Of a stretch of DNA of 64,000 nucleotides, positions 1 through 13,445 are shown piece after piece. Numbering within the stretch: position 1 is the stretch's first letter; every line of letters starts with the position of its first letter. The position numbers and the translations under genes were made by a program. Source of the stretch: Eledone cirrhosa (taxonomy: Eukaryota); assembly GCA_964016885.1 (NCBI GenBank), contig OZ024742.1, positions 145,204,001 to 145,268,000 of the forward strand. The letters run 5' to 3'. The notes below the pieces were generated by a model that was not told the origin of the DNA, did not search any database, and worked only from the letters and a program-made list of their open reading frames with translations.

Positions 1-1541
1 GGGTAATAGTTTGACAAGACAGGCTCTGTGAATTATAGGTGCAGTCCATCCAATAGACTTTCAAACAATTTCTGTCTACACAGTTTCTATCACAAGATAT
101 AGGTCAACTTGTCACATTCTCTTTATAGAACTCTTCTCTTGACTAATTAATGCTGATACAAGCCATTACCAATTTTCTCGCTTTCCAGAATTAAGCCATT
201 TTAGTCTTCTATTAAGCCATTATAGATGTGATAAATAAAGATAAGTGTAGACATGTTACAAATTAAGATGCTATTTCAGAGTGTCATTATTGAAAGTGAA
301 AAAAGTGTTGAGAAACTGAAATAATAAATTGGTAATTATTTTTATGTAGATATTCTCTGATTCTTACTTTTTATCAATTGGTGAACTAGCTCTCTTATAC
401 TTAACTATATTAGCTAGATATCTTCACAGATGTTAAATATAACTGAATTTTACTTTGATAAATTAATTTAACAAATTATACGACAGTAGATTATGAACCT
501 CACTCAAATTAACTAACTGGAAATATGGAGCTTCATATACAAATGCTGCTAAATATATCAGTACTTACAAATATCAATAATAGAAGCAGAAATAGACACA
601 AAAGGGTTCAAATCATACAACACTGTACCATTGATAGACAACCTAATGCAACAGATACAAACACATTTAATCAAAGATTATTTTTAGTAAAATATACATT
701 ATTCATGACAAAAACTATTCAAACAGCAATAGGTTCAAGGCCTAATGATAATTTATATCACAATACACCAATAAGCAGAAAAATTAAGGAAAATTACTCC
801 AAATGGAATAAATACTTAAACAACATTTATATTGACTAATAGGAAAAGGAACAAAAATACTTAGAAATTGGGGAGAGATTGATGTCAATGTACAATTGGT
901 GAGGATTTCAGAATGATATATGCTGTGGAAACATTCACATAATTGAAACAATCCAAATATATATTTATATAAATTGTACTTCTGTAACAAAGAAAGTATT
1001 CATCCCAGTAGGAATGTATTGCATTTGTATACAGAAAAAGATTTGGGGACATCAATAAAGAAAGGGGCATGGGAGAATACAGTATCACTAACAGCAGAAC
1101 ATATTAAAGAAAAATATCAAAGGAAAGAGTAATCAATATAAATGTCAATTCAACCTTCACCAGCACCAGCACCACCACCACCATCATCATGTGTATTAGA
1201 TAGCATACCTGTAGTAAACAATAAAGTCAACATTAGCAAACTAATTTACATGGTCACAATCAAATATTTTAGTGTGGTAGGATGTAAATATGTCCAAAAC
1301 TGAATTTTGTTTAATGTTTGCATAGTTGTAGTTTATATCTGTTGGCTAATTGTGTCATGTGACACAAATATTTGTTATTCTCTTCAGTAATGTCCCAAGC
1401 CTTTGTGGCAATCAAATGCTAAATCGTTTGGCACTGAACTGGTGAAATAATTGATAAGTAAGTTGGTAGATTTCAATTCAGGGGTCAAATACTGTTGTGG
1501 CAAAATTAAACTGGAGGAAAATGATGGCAAAAAAGGCTATA

Positions 1542-1833
1542 CAATGGAACCTCGGTTCACAAACTTAATTCATTCCAAAAGGCCGTTCGTCATCTGAAAT
1601 GTTTGTAAACGAAATTATTTTTCCCATACAAAATGTTGAGAGAGAGAAAGAGAGTGCATGAAAAACAGATAGATATCAGCAAGTGATTCTTTCTAACTGA
1701 TACTCCAAATCGTTGTTGCTGACTTGCGTGTTCATTACTCGAGACACAGTTCATCAACCAAGACATTTTATGTTCAGAAAAATTGTTTGTGAACCAATTT
1801 GTTCATGTCGAGAGGCATTCGTGAACCGAGGTT
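1542..1833. mobile_element. Pogo/Tigger-like non-autonomous DNA transposon (MITE)
   Basis: TA followed by caatggaacctcggttcac; the right end ttcgtgaaccgaggtt is its reverse complement; no ORF. Confidence 0.65.
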
Positions 1834-3342
1834 ACTTCAGATATTTAAAATCTTAAGATGGCTTTAACATTTTTTTTCTTTTATGCCAGTTCTCAAACTA
1901 TTAAGCAATCAACTTTTCTTATTATTATTTATAAATTGTTCTTCTATTGCCACAAAAGTGGAGACTATAGTTAACTGAATTAACAGCTAGTGCATACTTG
2001 CTACCTTATTTATAGACTTTTCCCATCAAGAGATGGAAGGTGAACAACTTGATTCTGGAAGGTGATTTGGGTGATTAGTACTACTTTATGTGCCCTTCTA
2101 TCCTTTAAGATGATACAACATGATTTGAAGGTGATTTGGCTGATATTTCTTGATGTCAAATGACCACATCAAGTTTCCCTTAATATAGTTGTTAATGGGG
2201 ACAGAGAATATTGTTTTGAGAAAAGTTTATTGTTTGATGAGAAAGTTAAAGGTATTTTTCATGTAGTTGAGCAGGTTTTCTTTCAGAGAGTTCAGATTAC
2301 AGGAATATTCAAAAAATACTTATAAAAAAGCCCTGCCTAGCTATACACAGTTTTGTATCATTATCTTTCTCTGTAAATCTAAAATGCTATTCTCAACCTT
2401 GATTGTTTTTTTACCTTCAAAGCAACTTACTGTTAGAAAGCTACAAAAGAAAAGAACGTGTCAATTATCTCTAACCTAAAATCATTTATCAATAAAGTTC
2501 ACTTGGTTTTATTGAATTATTTGAAACTAACAAGTTGTGCTTTCTTTTTCCTGAGATAAAATCTCTTTATTCATAGGTCAAGGACAGAGACTTAAAATAG
2601 ACATTTAACAATTCTAGGAATTGAAATCAAAAAAGAATTAAGAAGATTGTTTGTTTTGAATATCTTAATATGATTTGGTAGGTTCATTAGACTAACTAAG
2701 ACATCCATCACTTAAACAATCAACATTTTAGATAAGAAGCCAACAAGAAATACCAACCTAATCTCGATCAACTTATAGCCTGTCTTATATTGTCTTTTAA
2801 AAAAAAGGAACCATCCAAGTTTAACCTTTTAGCATTTACATCATATTTACTATAATATTTTTGTGGTAAAGGCTTTACCTCACATACTTATCTCACATGA
2901 TATTGAATCTATGAGATTCTGATATTATTTATTTTGAGAACAATACCTTCTTATAAGTATGAGCAACCAATTACAGCTGGTTTAAACAGAAAGAGGCGAG
3001 AGAATTCTGGCCAGTTTAAATGCTAAAGGGTTAAGGAGTTTGTGTTGTTGCTGTTGTGTAGCCCCAGGTTAGTCCTGATCATGTAGTTGTATGACATGAA
3101 GGTTAGTCAGTCAAACAATGAAGCACAATCCACAGATCCATCTTCACAGATATACCAAGCCCCCTTCTTACTGTGGCCTTGTATTCAGTAATAAAAGATT
3201 CCTAATTGATCTTCTTTTATTTTTTGTTTGTTCAAATTGAAGTCATATTGTTGAATCCTAGAAAAAGATTTAATATTTACCTTGTCTCATGACCCTTTTA
3301 TTTTCAATTTCAGATATAATTGGATTTTAAACAAAAACCAAA

Positions 3343-3360
3343 ATGGTGATTCTTGCAAAG
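3343..3360 (+). CDS. MYO7A: Myosin VIIa first coding exon (MVILAK); exon probably starts at 3314 after the acceptor
   Basis: Acceptor ttttcaatttcag ends at 3313; A-rich context aaaATGG; ATG GTG ATT CTT GCA AAG then donor gtaagt at 3361 (phase 0). Matches the 6-codon first coding exon of vertebrate MYO7A (MVILQQ, recalled) and joins in frame to the exon at 34224. Confidence 0.88.
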
Positions 3361-4569
3361 GTAAGTTAAAACTTGTTTAACCATTGAAGAGAACAGAGAC
3401 TACTGTACTTGTTTCAAAGTTAATGGTGGGGATTGCTCTTAGAGACCTTATAATTTCTTTTTTGTTTGTAATATGTTACAGATTGTCTTTTGTTCTTACC
3501 TGAGATGAATCAATTGATTTAGCTTTTGCTGACTTATATGCTGCATACTTATCAGGCATTTCACCTTCAGGTAATCAGCCTGGCACAAATTGAAATAAAA
3601 CTAATTGTCTGATTTAGTTTCATAAAATTTCACAAAAAAGGTCATGTTTGAGAATGTTAAAGATTAAAATAATACTCTGAAGAACTGAATATAATTTCAA
3701 TAATGCAAGTTTAAAATATGCAATGACAGCAGATAAAATGTTCATTAATGAAAATACTATCATTATAAATAAACTCTACAATGGGCCAAATACTTTTTAG
3801 GATAATGATGCAAAAGATTTAACACCCGGTTATTGATTACAATTTCGAATTTAACATCATCAAAGATAACTTGGTTATTTTGTTATTCTACGTTTGCCAG
3901 GTAGTTAAATAAATAATTCATTATCTGATTGAGAAAAGATATTTACTAGTATTCCCTGGGGTACAGGTAAACTCACATAAATCTTGTCTTTCAGAAGAAT
4001 TTAATACAAAATTCTTGATTGCTACAGATTAATGGACATTTTGTATGGTAGGGTTTGTGCAAATTGTATCAAGGCTTTATTGTAGTTTGTTGAGGGTTAA
4101 TATTTCTGAGTTCAAATCTTACTAGTGTCATCTTTGTAGTTCGTTTTTAAGATTGATAAAATAATCATTCGTTATATACTAGAGATCAAATACATGCCCT
4201 GTATTTCTAGCTGTTATTGTTTAGGTTATGCAGATCTGTTATCAAAGGCATTCCAGCTGTGACATACCACCATATATGTTTTTAAAACATTGCACTCCTC
4301 AAATAATTTGTTCTTAATTTTTTTAAAGTCTATAAGAAAGATTTGACTGCTATTTCTAGCAAATCGAGTGAATAAGTAGAGGATTTCTTATTAAATAAAA
4401 TAACTGAGAAAAAATAAGAGAAATTGGATGTAGTATACAAGACAGAAGAATGTAATGGTATAGATAAGAGGTGTGTATGGGAGATGGCAACTGTATAAAG
4501 AAATATAGAGTAATCTCTGGATGGGACCCATAGAAGAATATATATGTAGTACCCAACAACAGAGTCTTT

Positions 4570-5204
4570 TGTAGAAGAGTAATTTATGATTTAAAATCTA
4601 TTTGCTGAAGATACCCACTTGATTTTAGAGGTATCAAGCCTAATGATCCTATGAGAACTGGAATTATCTTCATGTTAGTGGGTATTGACCACATTCATGC
4701 AATTTCAATCTTATATTTGATTATTTTTCAATTTCTTTCAAGGCAATGTTGTGGGCTCCTGGGATGTTAACATAAGTAATCTGTCTTTCACACCTATTTC
4801 TGTTCATAACTACAATATCAGGTCTATTGTGTTGAAGTCTATGGTCTGTTTGGATAGTGAAGTCCCAGAATATCATGGGTTTATCTCTAACATCAAGGAC
4901 ATATTCTGGGGCATGTTGGTACCTTTTATCAGACATCTAATATCCATATTATTTGCAAATTGACCAGTGAAGGTACATACAGACCTTGTTGCATCTTCTT
5001 TTATACTTTATTTTTAGCTAGTATTTTGTATGCACTCAATATGTGGGTGACACTTTCTGTATTAATTCCACACAGATAACACTTCCCACTTTCAACAATA
5101 TGATCTATATTTTGGGTCAGGGATATCAGACTTTGTTTTGGCTTTTCACTTTCTGAGTTAACAAGACCTACTACTACTACTAATCCTCTCTGCTCTGATT
5201 TCAA
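4570..5204 (-). mobile_element. Decayed 3' part of an R4/Dong-like non-LTR retrotransposon (CCHC motif + restriction-like endonuclease)
   Basis: Minus-strand fragments CYLCGINTESVTHILS and YQHAPEYV...WDFTIQTDHRLQHNRPDIVV...KEIEK match the REL-endonuclease signature (CxxC..H, HNRPD); interrupted by stops and frameshifts. Confidence 0.8.
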
Positions 5205-5599
5205 ATCCTGCTGAGATTAATCTTGACTTTCCGGGGTCAATAAAATAAATTACCAGTCAAATATTTAGGTTGATATAATCAACTTACTCCTCTCCCCACC
5301 AAAATGTTTCTTGCCTTGGGCCGATGTTAGAAACCATTAGACAAAATGCTTTGTAGTATTTAGTTATGACTTTTTATGTTCTGAGTTCAAATCTTGCCAA
5401 GGTCAACTTTGCCTTTCATCATAATGGGGGTCAATAAAACAAACTACCAGTCAATATAATCAACTTCTCCTCCTCACATATTGTTGTTCATATGATCAAA
5501 TTTGAAATCATCATCATTATTATTATTATTCAGTCACTCTCAGCACTTTACCAACTGCACAACAGGATAGGAGGCCAGATAACAATACTTGCATTGAAC

Positions 5600-6210
5600 T
5601 GCCTATTTTTTTTTAGAAAAGGGATGTGGCAAGTTCTCTACCTGGTAGTTATAGTGAAGTACTCTGTATGGTGGACTCATCTAAAAGGATTGAGGACAGG
5701 AACTTTCCTCCCCAGCCAAGCCTGCATCAACTTCTGCATCAACTTCTTCAAGTTTCACTTGATGAGGAAGGTGAGGGTAGAGAAAGAGGTGCTGCCTTCT
5801 AGTGTGTTTTATGAAAGACGACTGAGAGCAGTGAGATTGACATGACTGAACAAGCCTAATCTGAACAATCCTAATGCTTTTCTGAGTAGGAGGAAAGAAA
5901 TTAGGAGAGGGCACTTTTAATGCCCATGAAGTAACAGCATATTCTGGGGTTTTGTGTGGAATTACCCTAAAGTGCAGTCTGCTACTATTGGGGAACTTGT
6001 CTTTGTTGACATTTGTTACTGTTTTTCTTTATCTTTTATGTATATCTACTACAATTTCTATTATTCATATTCCTACTGTTTTCTCTTTAGTGATGTCTCA
6101 TTTCCTTCACTTGATGTAGACCCAACTTTATATTGTGTTGTCTTTGTAATGTCCCCAATGTCCTGGGCCCTTGTGGCCAATAATGAATAAATCATTATTA
6201 TTATTATTAT
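5600..6210 (+). mobile_element. Probable LINE 3' end (Tx1/L1-like) with T-rich 3'UTR and (ATT)n tail
   Basis: Short coding-like stretch, then a T-rich tract ending gcccttgtggccaataatgaataaa(tca)ttattatt. Clade assignment is weak. Confidence 0.35.
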
Positions 6211-6212
6211 TA

Positions 6213-6430
6213 AGGGCGGTGAATTGGTAGTATTGGTGGAGCGACAGATACTGTGCTTTGCAACATAGTTATGACCCTTTATGTTCTGAGTTCAAATCCT
6301 GCCCAGGTTAACTTTGCCTTTCATCCTTACAGGGTCGATAAAATAAAGTACCAGTCACGTATTGGGGTAGATTTAATCGACTTTCCCCCCTCCCCCCAAA
6401 TTACTGGCCTTGTACCTAAACTAGAAATCT
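6213..6430 (+). mobile_element. tRNA-derived SINE, family A (older copy)
   Basis: B-box-like gagttcaaatcc followed by the family core aactttgcctttcatccttacagggtcgataaaataaagtaccagt. Further decayed copies near 5220-5510, 7790-7845, 8100-8235, 8850-9035, 32815-32940 and 55810-55975. Confidence 0.8.
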
Positions 6431-7282
6431 TTATTATTATTATTATATTTTAAGATTTGCAAATTGTTCTGTCAACAAGGGCACATAAAGGTAACAGTTA
6501 AAATTACAGTCGAAAACTCCTGTGATAAATAAAATTTTTGTTTTGTCAATTTTAGTTGAAATTTTAACCTTTCTTTGTTTTTCTCTCTTTTTATCTGTAC
6601 TTGAGAATAGATTAACTTTGTACTATATTTTTATAGACACACGTTAAATTAACTTTTGGCTCGGAATATTTAGCCCCTTTGTTTTTGTAAGCCAAAATCA
6701 ACTATGACATAAATGTGGGCTTGTCTGAACAGGATTATTCAAAAAGAAACATGTATCCTTGATACTCTCAAGAAAACTAATCTTGCTTAAAGTTTACAGT
6801 GATATAAAGAGGGATTGTTTTTGTTATATTTTACTGATCACAATACAACCATGTGGATCTATGTTGAATCCCACTGTGTAGCACCTTAGACAAGTGTCTT
6901 CTACCTTAGTATTCAGTTGATCACTAACTTTAAAGTAGAATTTGGTTGATGAAAACTATGCAGAAACTCATTGTGTATATAACAAGTGACCCTTACTGGG
7001 TTTCATGGTTTGATTCACTGGATTTTTATATGTCCTAAACTAAAGATATTTTTTCTTGTACTTTCCCTGCAGTTAAAATTTGGTAAGGAATGTATTATTC
7101 GGACATACTTATCAGAAGGTAATTGCCTAGATATTAGGGCAAGGAGCAGATATTAAGTGGTTTTTCTGCAGCTCATTTTTTCATTAGCTTATTTCTTAGT
7201 CATTTAAATTACTATTGAAAAGTTTACACAAAATGAAGGTGAAATGCTGAGTGTTTGGATATGGAAACACAAGTTATTTAGT

Positions 7283-7490
7283 TACTGTTGAGCCTCAGTG
7301 TTATAGTAATTGTTGTTGAGTCTTTGTGTTATGGTAACTGTTGTTGAGTCTTGGTGTCATGGTAACTGTTGTTGAGTCTTGGTGTCATGGTAACTGTTGT
7401 TGGGTCTTAGTGTCATGGTAACTGTTGTTGAGTTTTAGTGTTATGGTAATTGTTGTTGAGTCTTTGTGTTATGGTAACTGTTGTTGAGTA
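7283..7490. repeat. 28-bp minisatellite, about 7 copies (tggtaactgttgttgagtcttggtgtca)
   Basis: Direct tandem copies with a few substitutions. Confidence 0.9.
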
Positions 7491-9270
7491 AATTGTGTCT
7501 TTTTGCATATTGTGAACATAAAGTCATTATCTTAAGTCATTTGTGTGTATCATTATAACTGACTCCCACAGCTATCTTTGTAACTGAACCTACAGTGGTG
7601 GAAACTTCTGACATCCTGGGTATATAAATCACATCCCTATTTTCTGCAATTGTGACAGAGTTAGCCACCCAAATGAATGAGCTCCATGTCCCATTTGCTA
7701 TCCAGTATCATCAAACTGGACATTGCATAATTCCTCCTCACCATGCTAGATGGAGATATTGAGATTAGCATGACTGTGCAAGTTATGCAGGAGTCAACTT
7801 TGCTTTTCATTCTTTCTAGGTCGATAAAATAAAGTACCAGTCTAGAGCCTTGTATTTATTATGGCTGTTTGCTTTCTGAATTCTTGGTGATAGACTTGTC
7901 ATTCAGTTTAACACCACCATATGGTCCATGGACACCTTTAGCAGAGTTTATTCTGTTGCAAGTATTCAAGCCAGGTCTCTGGTTTGAGAATAATTTGTTC
8001 CCTTCTCACAAGTCTCTGTGGCTTTTAAAAATTAACAAAATATTTTGTTTGATTATTTTTTTACTCTTTAGCTCAGGAGAAAAGGACAGTGTCTTGTGGC
8101 ATTTAGTTATGAACCTATACGTTTTGAATTCAAAACTTACTGGAATCAACTTTGCCTTTCAGTTTTCCAAGGACAATAACATTAAGTGCGAGTTAGTTCT
8201 TTGACCTTGTGTTGTCAATATTAGAAATCAATATTATAAACATTCCTTTCACTGAACTTGACCTAATAGGTTTTTATAGACATTTACTAATATAGATTAT
8301 CATAATCTCAAATTACTAAGATTATCTCTTGAACTTGACACGTGTTTTGTATTCACACCTTCTAATTTATGTGATGATAGCTGTTCTGACATAGCATTTT
8401 AAATAACAAGATGCTGTGAGCTGTTGTGGTGGTAGTGATAGAATTAGTAGTAGAGGTAGGAGTTATACCAAAAAGAGGTTAAATTTGTAATACTGCTTGA
8501 ATTTAGTGTTGGGTAGTAAGTAGTTCAGCATTCATAGATTAAGAGACCATCATTTGAATAACTAACTGGAAGGAAATAGACTTGTTCTTTGAAAGCTGTT
8601 TCTGCAAGTGCAGTTAATTGCAGCTGCAGTTAACCATCATTGCAGTTATGCCACAGCAATATTTTCACACAACACCAGAACAGTACTACTGTTCTGATAT
8701 TACCAATAATGCAGTTGAAAAACAACATAAAGATCGACTCCTTCATCTTATGGTAAGAAAGACAAAAATTGCTATTCATTTCTGTATAAAAGTTGGAATT
8801 TCTTTTTCATTTATATATTAGGATTGTCTATGAATTTATATCTCAATTTGGCAGAACCATTAGAGCGTTACACAAAATGCTTTGTGGAATTTAATTAAGA
8901 TCCTTTACATTATGAGTTCAAATCCTACCGAGTCAACTTTGCTTTTCATCCTTCTGAAGCCAATAAAATAAAGTACTAGTTAAGTACCGGGGTCGATATA
9001 ATTGCAGTTCTTGTTCTTAGATTAGAAATTATTATTAAGAACTAGAATTTTGGAGTTATTTTCCAAACTATAGATCTATAAAATAGAGATTAGCATAGTG
9101 CTCAGGGAAACATTAGTTTTGTAAATGCGCCCTTAAGAATCTGGAATTTTTAAACCATTTGAATGTTATAGAATATTTTTCTTCCTTTGTGTTTTGGTAT
9201 GATATTGAAGAAGGCAGAGCCAGATGAGATATACAGTTTTGATGTAGTGGTTTATGTGATGCAAGCTTTA

Positions 9271-9301
<31 letters not shown>

Positions 9302-9849
9302 GGATGGTATGGGAACTAAGCTCTTAGATGAAATTTAATGTTAATGCCAGCATCAATTGGACAATGTTATTGGAATATTTTTCACATCATAGACATGATG
9401 TAATATATATATATTGGTTGGTGTTAGGAAGGGCATTCAGCTATAGAAAACCAGCCAGATATAGTTCTATATGAGCGAGACACGGTCATCCGACCAATCT
9501 TGCCTCAAGTGAGACAAACTCATCTAACCCATGCTAGCATGGAAGATGGGCGTTAAACGACGTTGATGACGATATATATATATATGTATGTATATATATA
9601 TCTGGATATGTTTTGTATATGTGTATACATGTAAATAAAATGGTAGGGACTGGGTCTCACTCAACATGTTCCATTTTTGTTATGGTTTCTGTGGCTGGAT
9701 GCTCGTCATAATGCCAACAACTTTTCAGAGTGTACTAGGTGCATGTTACCATAGCATTAGAACTAGAGAAATATTTTCTTTGATGTGGGTTGGATTAAGA
9801 AAGATACTGAACCAATTGCTGGAAAATTGCTAGTAAAAAGTAGGAAGAT

Positions 9850-9892
<43 letters not shown>

Positions 9893-10221
9893 ATATATAT
9901 ATATATATATATAACATATACACACACATACACATATATGTATATATATATAAGGAAAAGAAATTGAAGATGCAACTGGAGTATTTTCTTATGATTTTAA
10001 AAAGTAAAATTGAGATGAATGGTTCATGTTTCTGTTGTGTATCTCGTGTAGGACATTTTGAAAAACTTTACATTTTTGTATATATATATATATCTCTATA
10101 TATATATATAGTTTATATAGTCGGGTTATATATATGTTTATATAGTCGGGTTCATAGCTCCTTTTTTCTATTTTACACACACACACACACACACACATAT
10201 ATATGGCTATATATATATGTA

Positions 10222-10383
10222 AATGTGGTTGGTGTTAGGAAGGGCATCCAACTGTAGAAAACCTGCCAGACAGTCCTATGCGAGCAAGACAATCACTCTT
10301 GCCTCAAGTGGGACTACCCCCGTCCAAACCCATGCAAGCGTGGAACACGGACGTTAAACGTTGATGATGATGATGATGATGAT
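10222..10383 (+). mobile_element. Short RTE-LINE-type 3' end with (GAT)n tail
   Basis: ttggtgttaggaagggcatcca...cccatgcaagcgtggaacacggacgttaaacgttgatgatgat. Related ends at about 9415-9575, 20630-20930, 43500-43755, 55120-55335 (+) and 48908-49058, 60673-60950 (-). Confidence 0.75.
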
Positions 10384-10391
10384 ATATATAT

Positions 10392-10459
<68 letters not shown>

Positions 10460-10668
10460 GTGTGTGTGTGTAAAATAGAAAAAAGGAGCTATGGACCCGA
10501 CTCCAGGGTCCATAACTCCTATGGGTCACCTTCAGCCAATCCTCTGTGAAACGTGTGTAACAGATTGATAGGCAATATTATTTTTCATATGTAAATGAAA
10601 CTTCCTTGTTTTTTCTATTATATACAGTCTGCCTGTGCAACCAACACCAGTATTTCACCATACTACCT

Positions 10669-10669
10669 A

Positions 10670-10710
<41 letters not shown>

Positions 10711-11728
10711 GGTTTAGCGTCCGTGTTCCACGCTTGCATGGGTTTGGGCGGGGGTTTTCCCACTTGAGGCAAGAGTGGTTGTCTTGCTCGCATAGGACTG
10801 TCTGGCAGGTTTTCTACAGTTGGATGCCCTTCCTAACACCAACCACATTTACAGTGTGGGGCTGGGAGGTTTTTACCGTGTTGCCTACACGGCCACATTA
10901 CAGCGTGGACTGTCTGGCGGGTTTTCTACAGCTGGATGCCCTTCCTAACACCAACCACATTTACAGTGTGGGGCTGGGAGGTTTTTACCGTGTTGCCTAC
11001 ACGGCCACATTACAGCGTGGACTGTCTGGCGGGTTTTCTACAGCTGGATGCCCTTCCTAACACCAACCACATTTACAGTGTGGGGCTGGGAGGTTTTTAC
11101 CGTGTTGCCTACACGGCCACATTACAGCGTGGACTGTCTGGCGGGTTTTCTACAGCTGGATGCCCTTCCTAACACCAACCACATTTACAGTGTGGGGCTG
11201 GGAGGTTTTTACCGTGTTGCCTACACGGCCACATTACAGCGTGGACTGTCTGGCGGGTTTTCTACAGCTGGATGCCCTTCCTAACACCAACCACATTTAC
11301 AGTGTGGGGCTGGGAGGTTTTTACCGTGTTGCCTACACGGCCACATTACAGCGTGGACTGTCTGGCGGGTTTTCTACAGCTGGATGCCCTTCCTAACACC
11401 AACCACATTTACAGTGTGGGGCTGGGAGGTTTTTACCATGTTGCCTACACGGCCACATTACAGCGTGGACTGTCTGGCGGGTTTTCTACAGCTGGATGCC
11501 CTTCCTAACACCAACCACATTTACAGTGTGGGGCTGGGAGGTTTTTACCGTGTTGCCTACACGGCCACATTACAGCGTGGACTGTCTGGCGGGTTTTCTA
11601 CAGCTGGATGCCCTTCCTAACACCAACCACATTTACAGTGTGGGGCTGGGAGGTTTTTACCATGTTGCCTACACGGCCACATTTACAGCGTGGACTGTGT
11701 GTTTTTTTGTCGTGACACCTACACGATA
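10669..11728 (-). repeat. RTE 3'UTR carrying a tandem array of 8 x 112-bp units (array 1)
   Basis: Marker atgcccttcc recurs at 10824, 10936, 11048, 11160, 11272, 11384, 11496 and 11608; the (CAT)n tract at left is the minus-strand tail. Confidence 0.92.
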
Positions 11729-11729
11729 C

Positions 11730-11761
<32 letters not shown>

Positions 11762-11766
11762 GTGAA

Positions 11767-11978
11767 GGCGCGTGGCTGAGTGGTTAGAGAATTGGATTCA
11801 CAATCGTGAGGTTGTAAGTTCAATTCCTGGACTGGGCGATATATTATGTCCTTGAGCAAGACACTTTATTTCACGTTGCTCCTTCTACCTGGAGTTGCGA
11901 CCGATAGATAGTATTAGCTATTGGAAAGACCAACGGAAACATTGTTTCCTCGGTCCGATTTGATGAAAGTTGATCGAC
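11767..11978 (+). mobile_element. tRNA-headed CORE-like SINE, family B, tail type 1
   Basis: A box tggctgagtgg, B box gttcaattcc, CORE-like gtccttgagcaagacactt. Other copies at 14836-15047, 17536-17745 and 27309-27477 (-). Confidence 0.8.
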
Positions 11979-12662
11979 TATATATATATACACACACACA
12001 TATATATAATGTACACACACACATATATAATGTACACACACACACATATATATATAATGTACACACACACACACACACATATATATAATGTACACACACA
12101 GACACATATATATATAATGTACACACACACACATATATAATATACACACACATATAATGTACACACACACACACACACACACACATACATATATAATGTA
12201 CACATACACACACATAGAATACACACACACACACACACACACATATATAATGTACACACACACACACACATATATATAATGTACACACACAGACACATAT
12301 ATATATAATGTACACACACACACATATATAATATACACACACACATATATATAATGTACACACACACACACACACATGCATATATAATGTACACACACAC
12401 ACATATAGAATACACACACACACACACACACACATATATAATGTACACACACACACACACATATATAATGTACACACACACACACACACATATATATATA
12501 ATGTACACACACACACATATATAATATACACACACACATATATATAATGTACACACACACACACACACACATACATATATAATGTACACACACACACATA
12601 TAGAATACACACACACACACACACATACATATATAATGTACACACACACACATATATAATGT

Positions 12663-12699
<37 letters not shown>

Positions 12700-12953
12700 A
12701 TGTACACACACACACATATATAATATACACACACACATATATATAATGTACACACACACACACACACATACATATATAATGTACACACACACACATAGAA
12801 TACACACACACACACACACACACATATATAATGTACACACACACACACACATATATAATGTACACACACACACACACATATATAATGTACACACACACAC
12901 ACACATATAATGTACACACACATACACATATATATAATATACATACACACACA
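11979..12953. repeat. Compound (AC)n/(TA)n minisatellite with recurring taatgt and tagaat linkers
   Basis: Units of (ac)n(at)n-aatgt; a shorter copy lies at 15048-15753. Confidence 0.95.
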
Positions 12954-13060
12954 GTTCTCATCCTTCATACACATCACATGGCCATATCAATGCAGTATAC
13001 TCTCTTGTACATTGCAGTACACTCCACTCCAACTTTGTCCATTTATATACATAATATTAA

Positions 13061-13445
13061 TAATTGTTTCTACTTTTGGCACAAGGCCAGCAATTACCCA
13101 GTGCATTACTGGTACTTTATTTTATCGACCCCGTAAGGATGAAAGGCAAAGTCAACCTCGGCGGGATTTGAACTCAGATCGTAAAGGGACGTAACTCTAT
13201 GCTGGAAAGCATGGCGTCCGACCCTCTACCGATACTGCCAATACACCGCCTTTTTATAATTGTTTCTACTTTAGGCACAAGGCCAGCAATTACCCAGTGC
13301 ATTACTGGTACTTTATTTTATCGACCCCGTAAGGATGAAAGGCAAAGTCAACCTCGGCGGGATTTGAACTCAGATCGTAAAGGGACGTAACTATGCTGGA
13401 AAGCATGGCGTCCGACTCTCTACCGATACTGACAATCCACCGCCC
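13061..13445 (-). mobile_element. Tandem dimer of young family A SINEs inside one TSD
   Basis: Copies at 13061-13250 and 13256-13445, flanked by atacataatattaataat at 13047-13064 and 13449-13466. Confidence 0.88.

Noticed and set aside
525-839. 104-aa ORF upstream of the myosin start exon
   Set aside because: A-rich low-complexity composition, no recognisable domain or supporting splice pattern; possibly decayed repeat.
4570-5204. Functional endonuclease gene
   Set aside because: Broken by stops and frameshifts and lacking the RT; a dead retrotransposon fragment.
10798-11697. 112-bp unit as a hammerhead-containing retrozyme satellite
   Set aside because: No CTGANGA...GAAA core on either strand of the unit; it maps to an RTE 3'UTR.
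11767-11845. tRNA gene (also similar heads at 17536, 21436, 38980, 49291)
   Set aside because: A and B boxes are present but each continues into a shared SINE body and no complete cloverleaf could be drawn; these are SINE heads.
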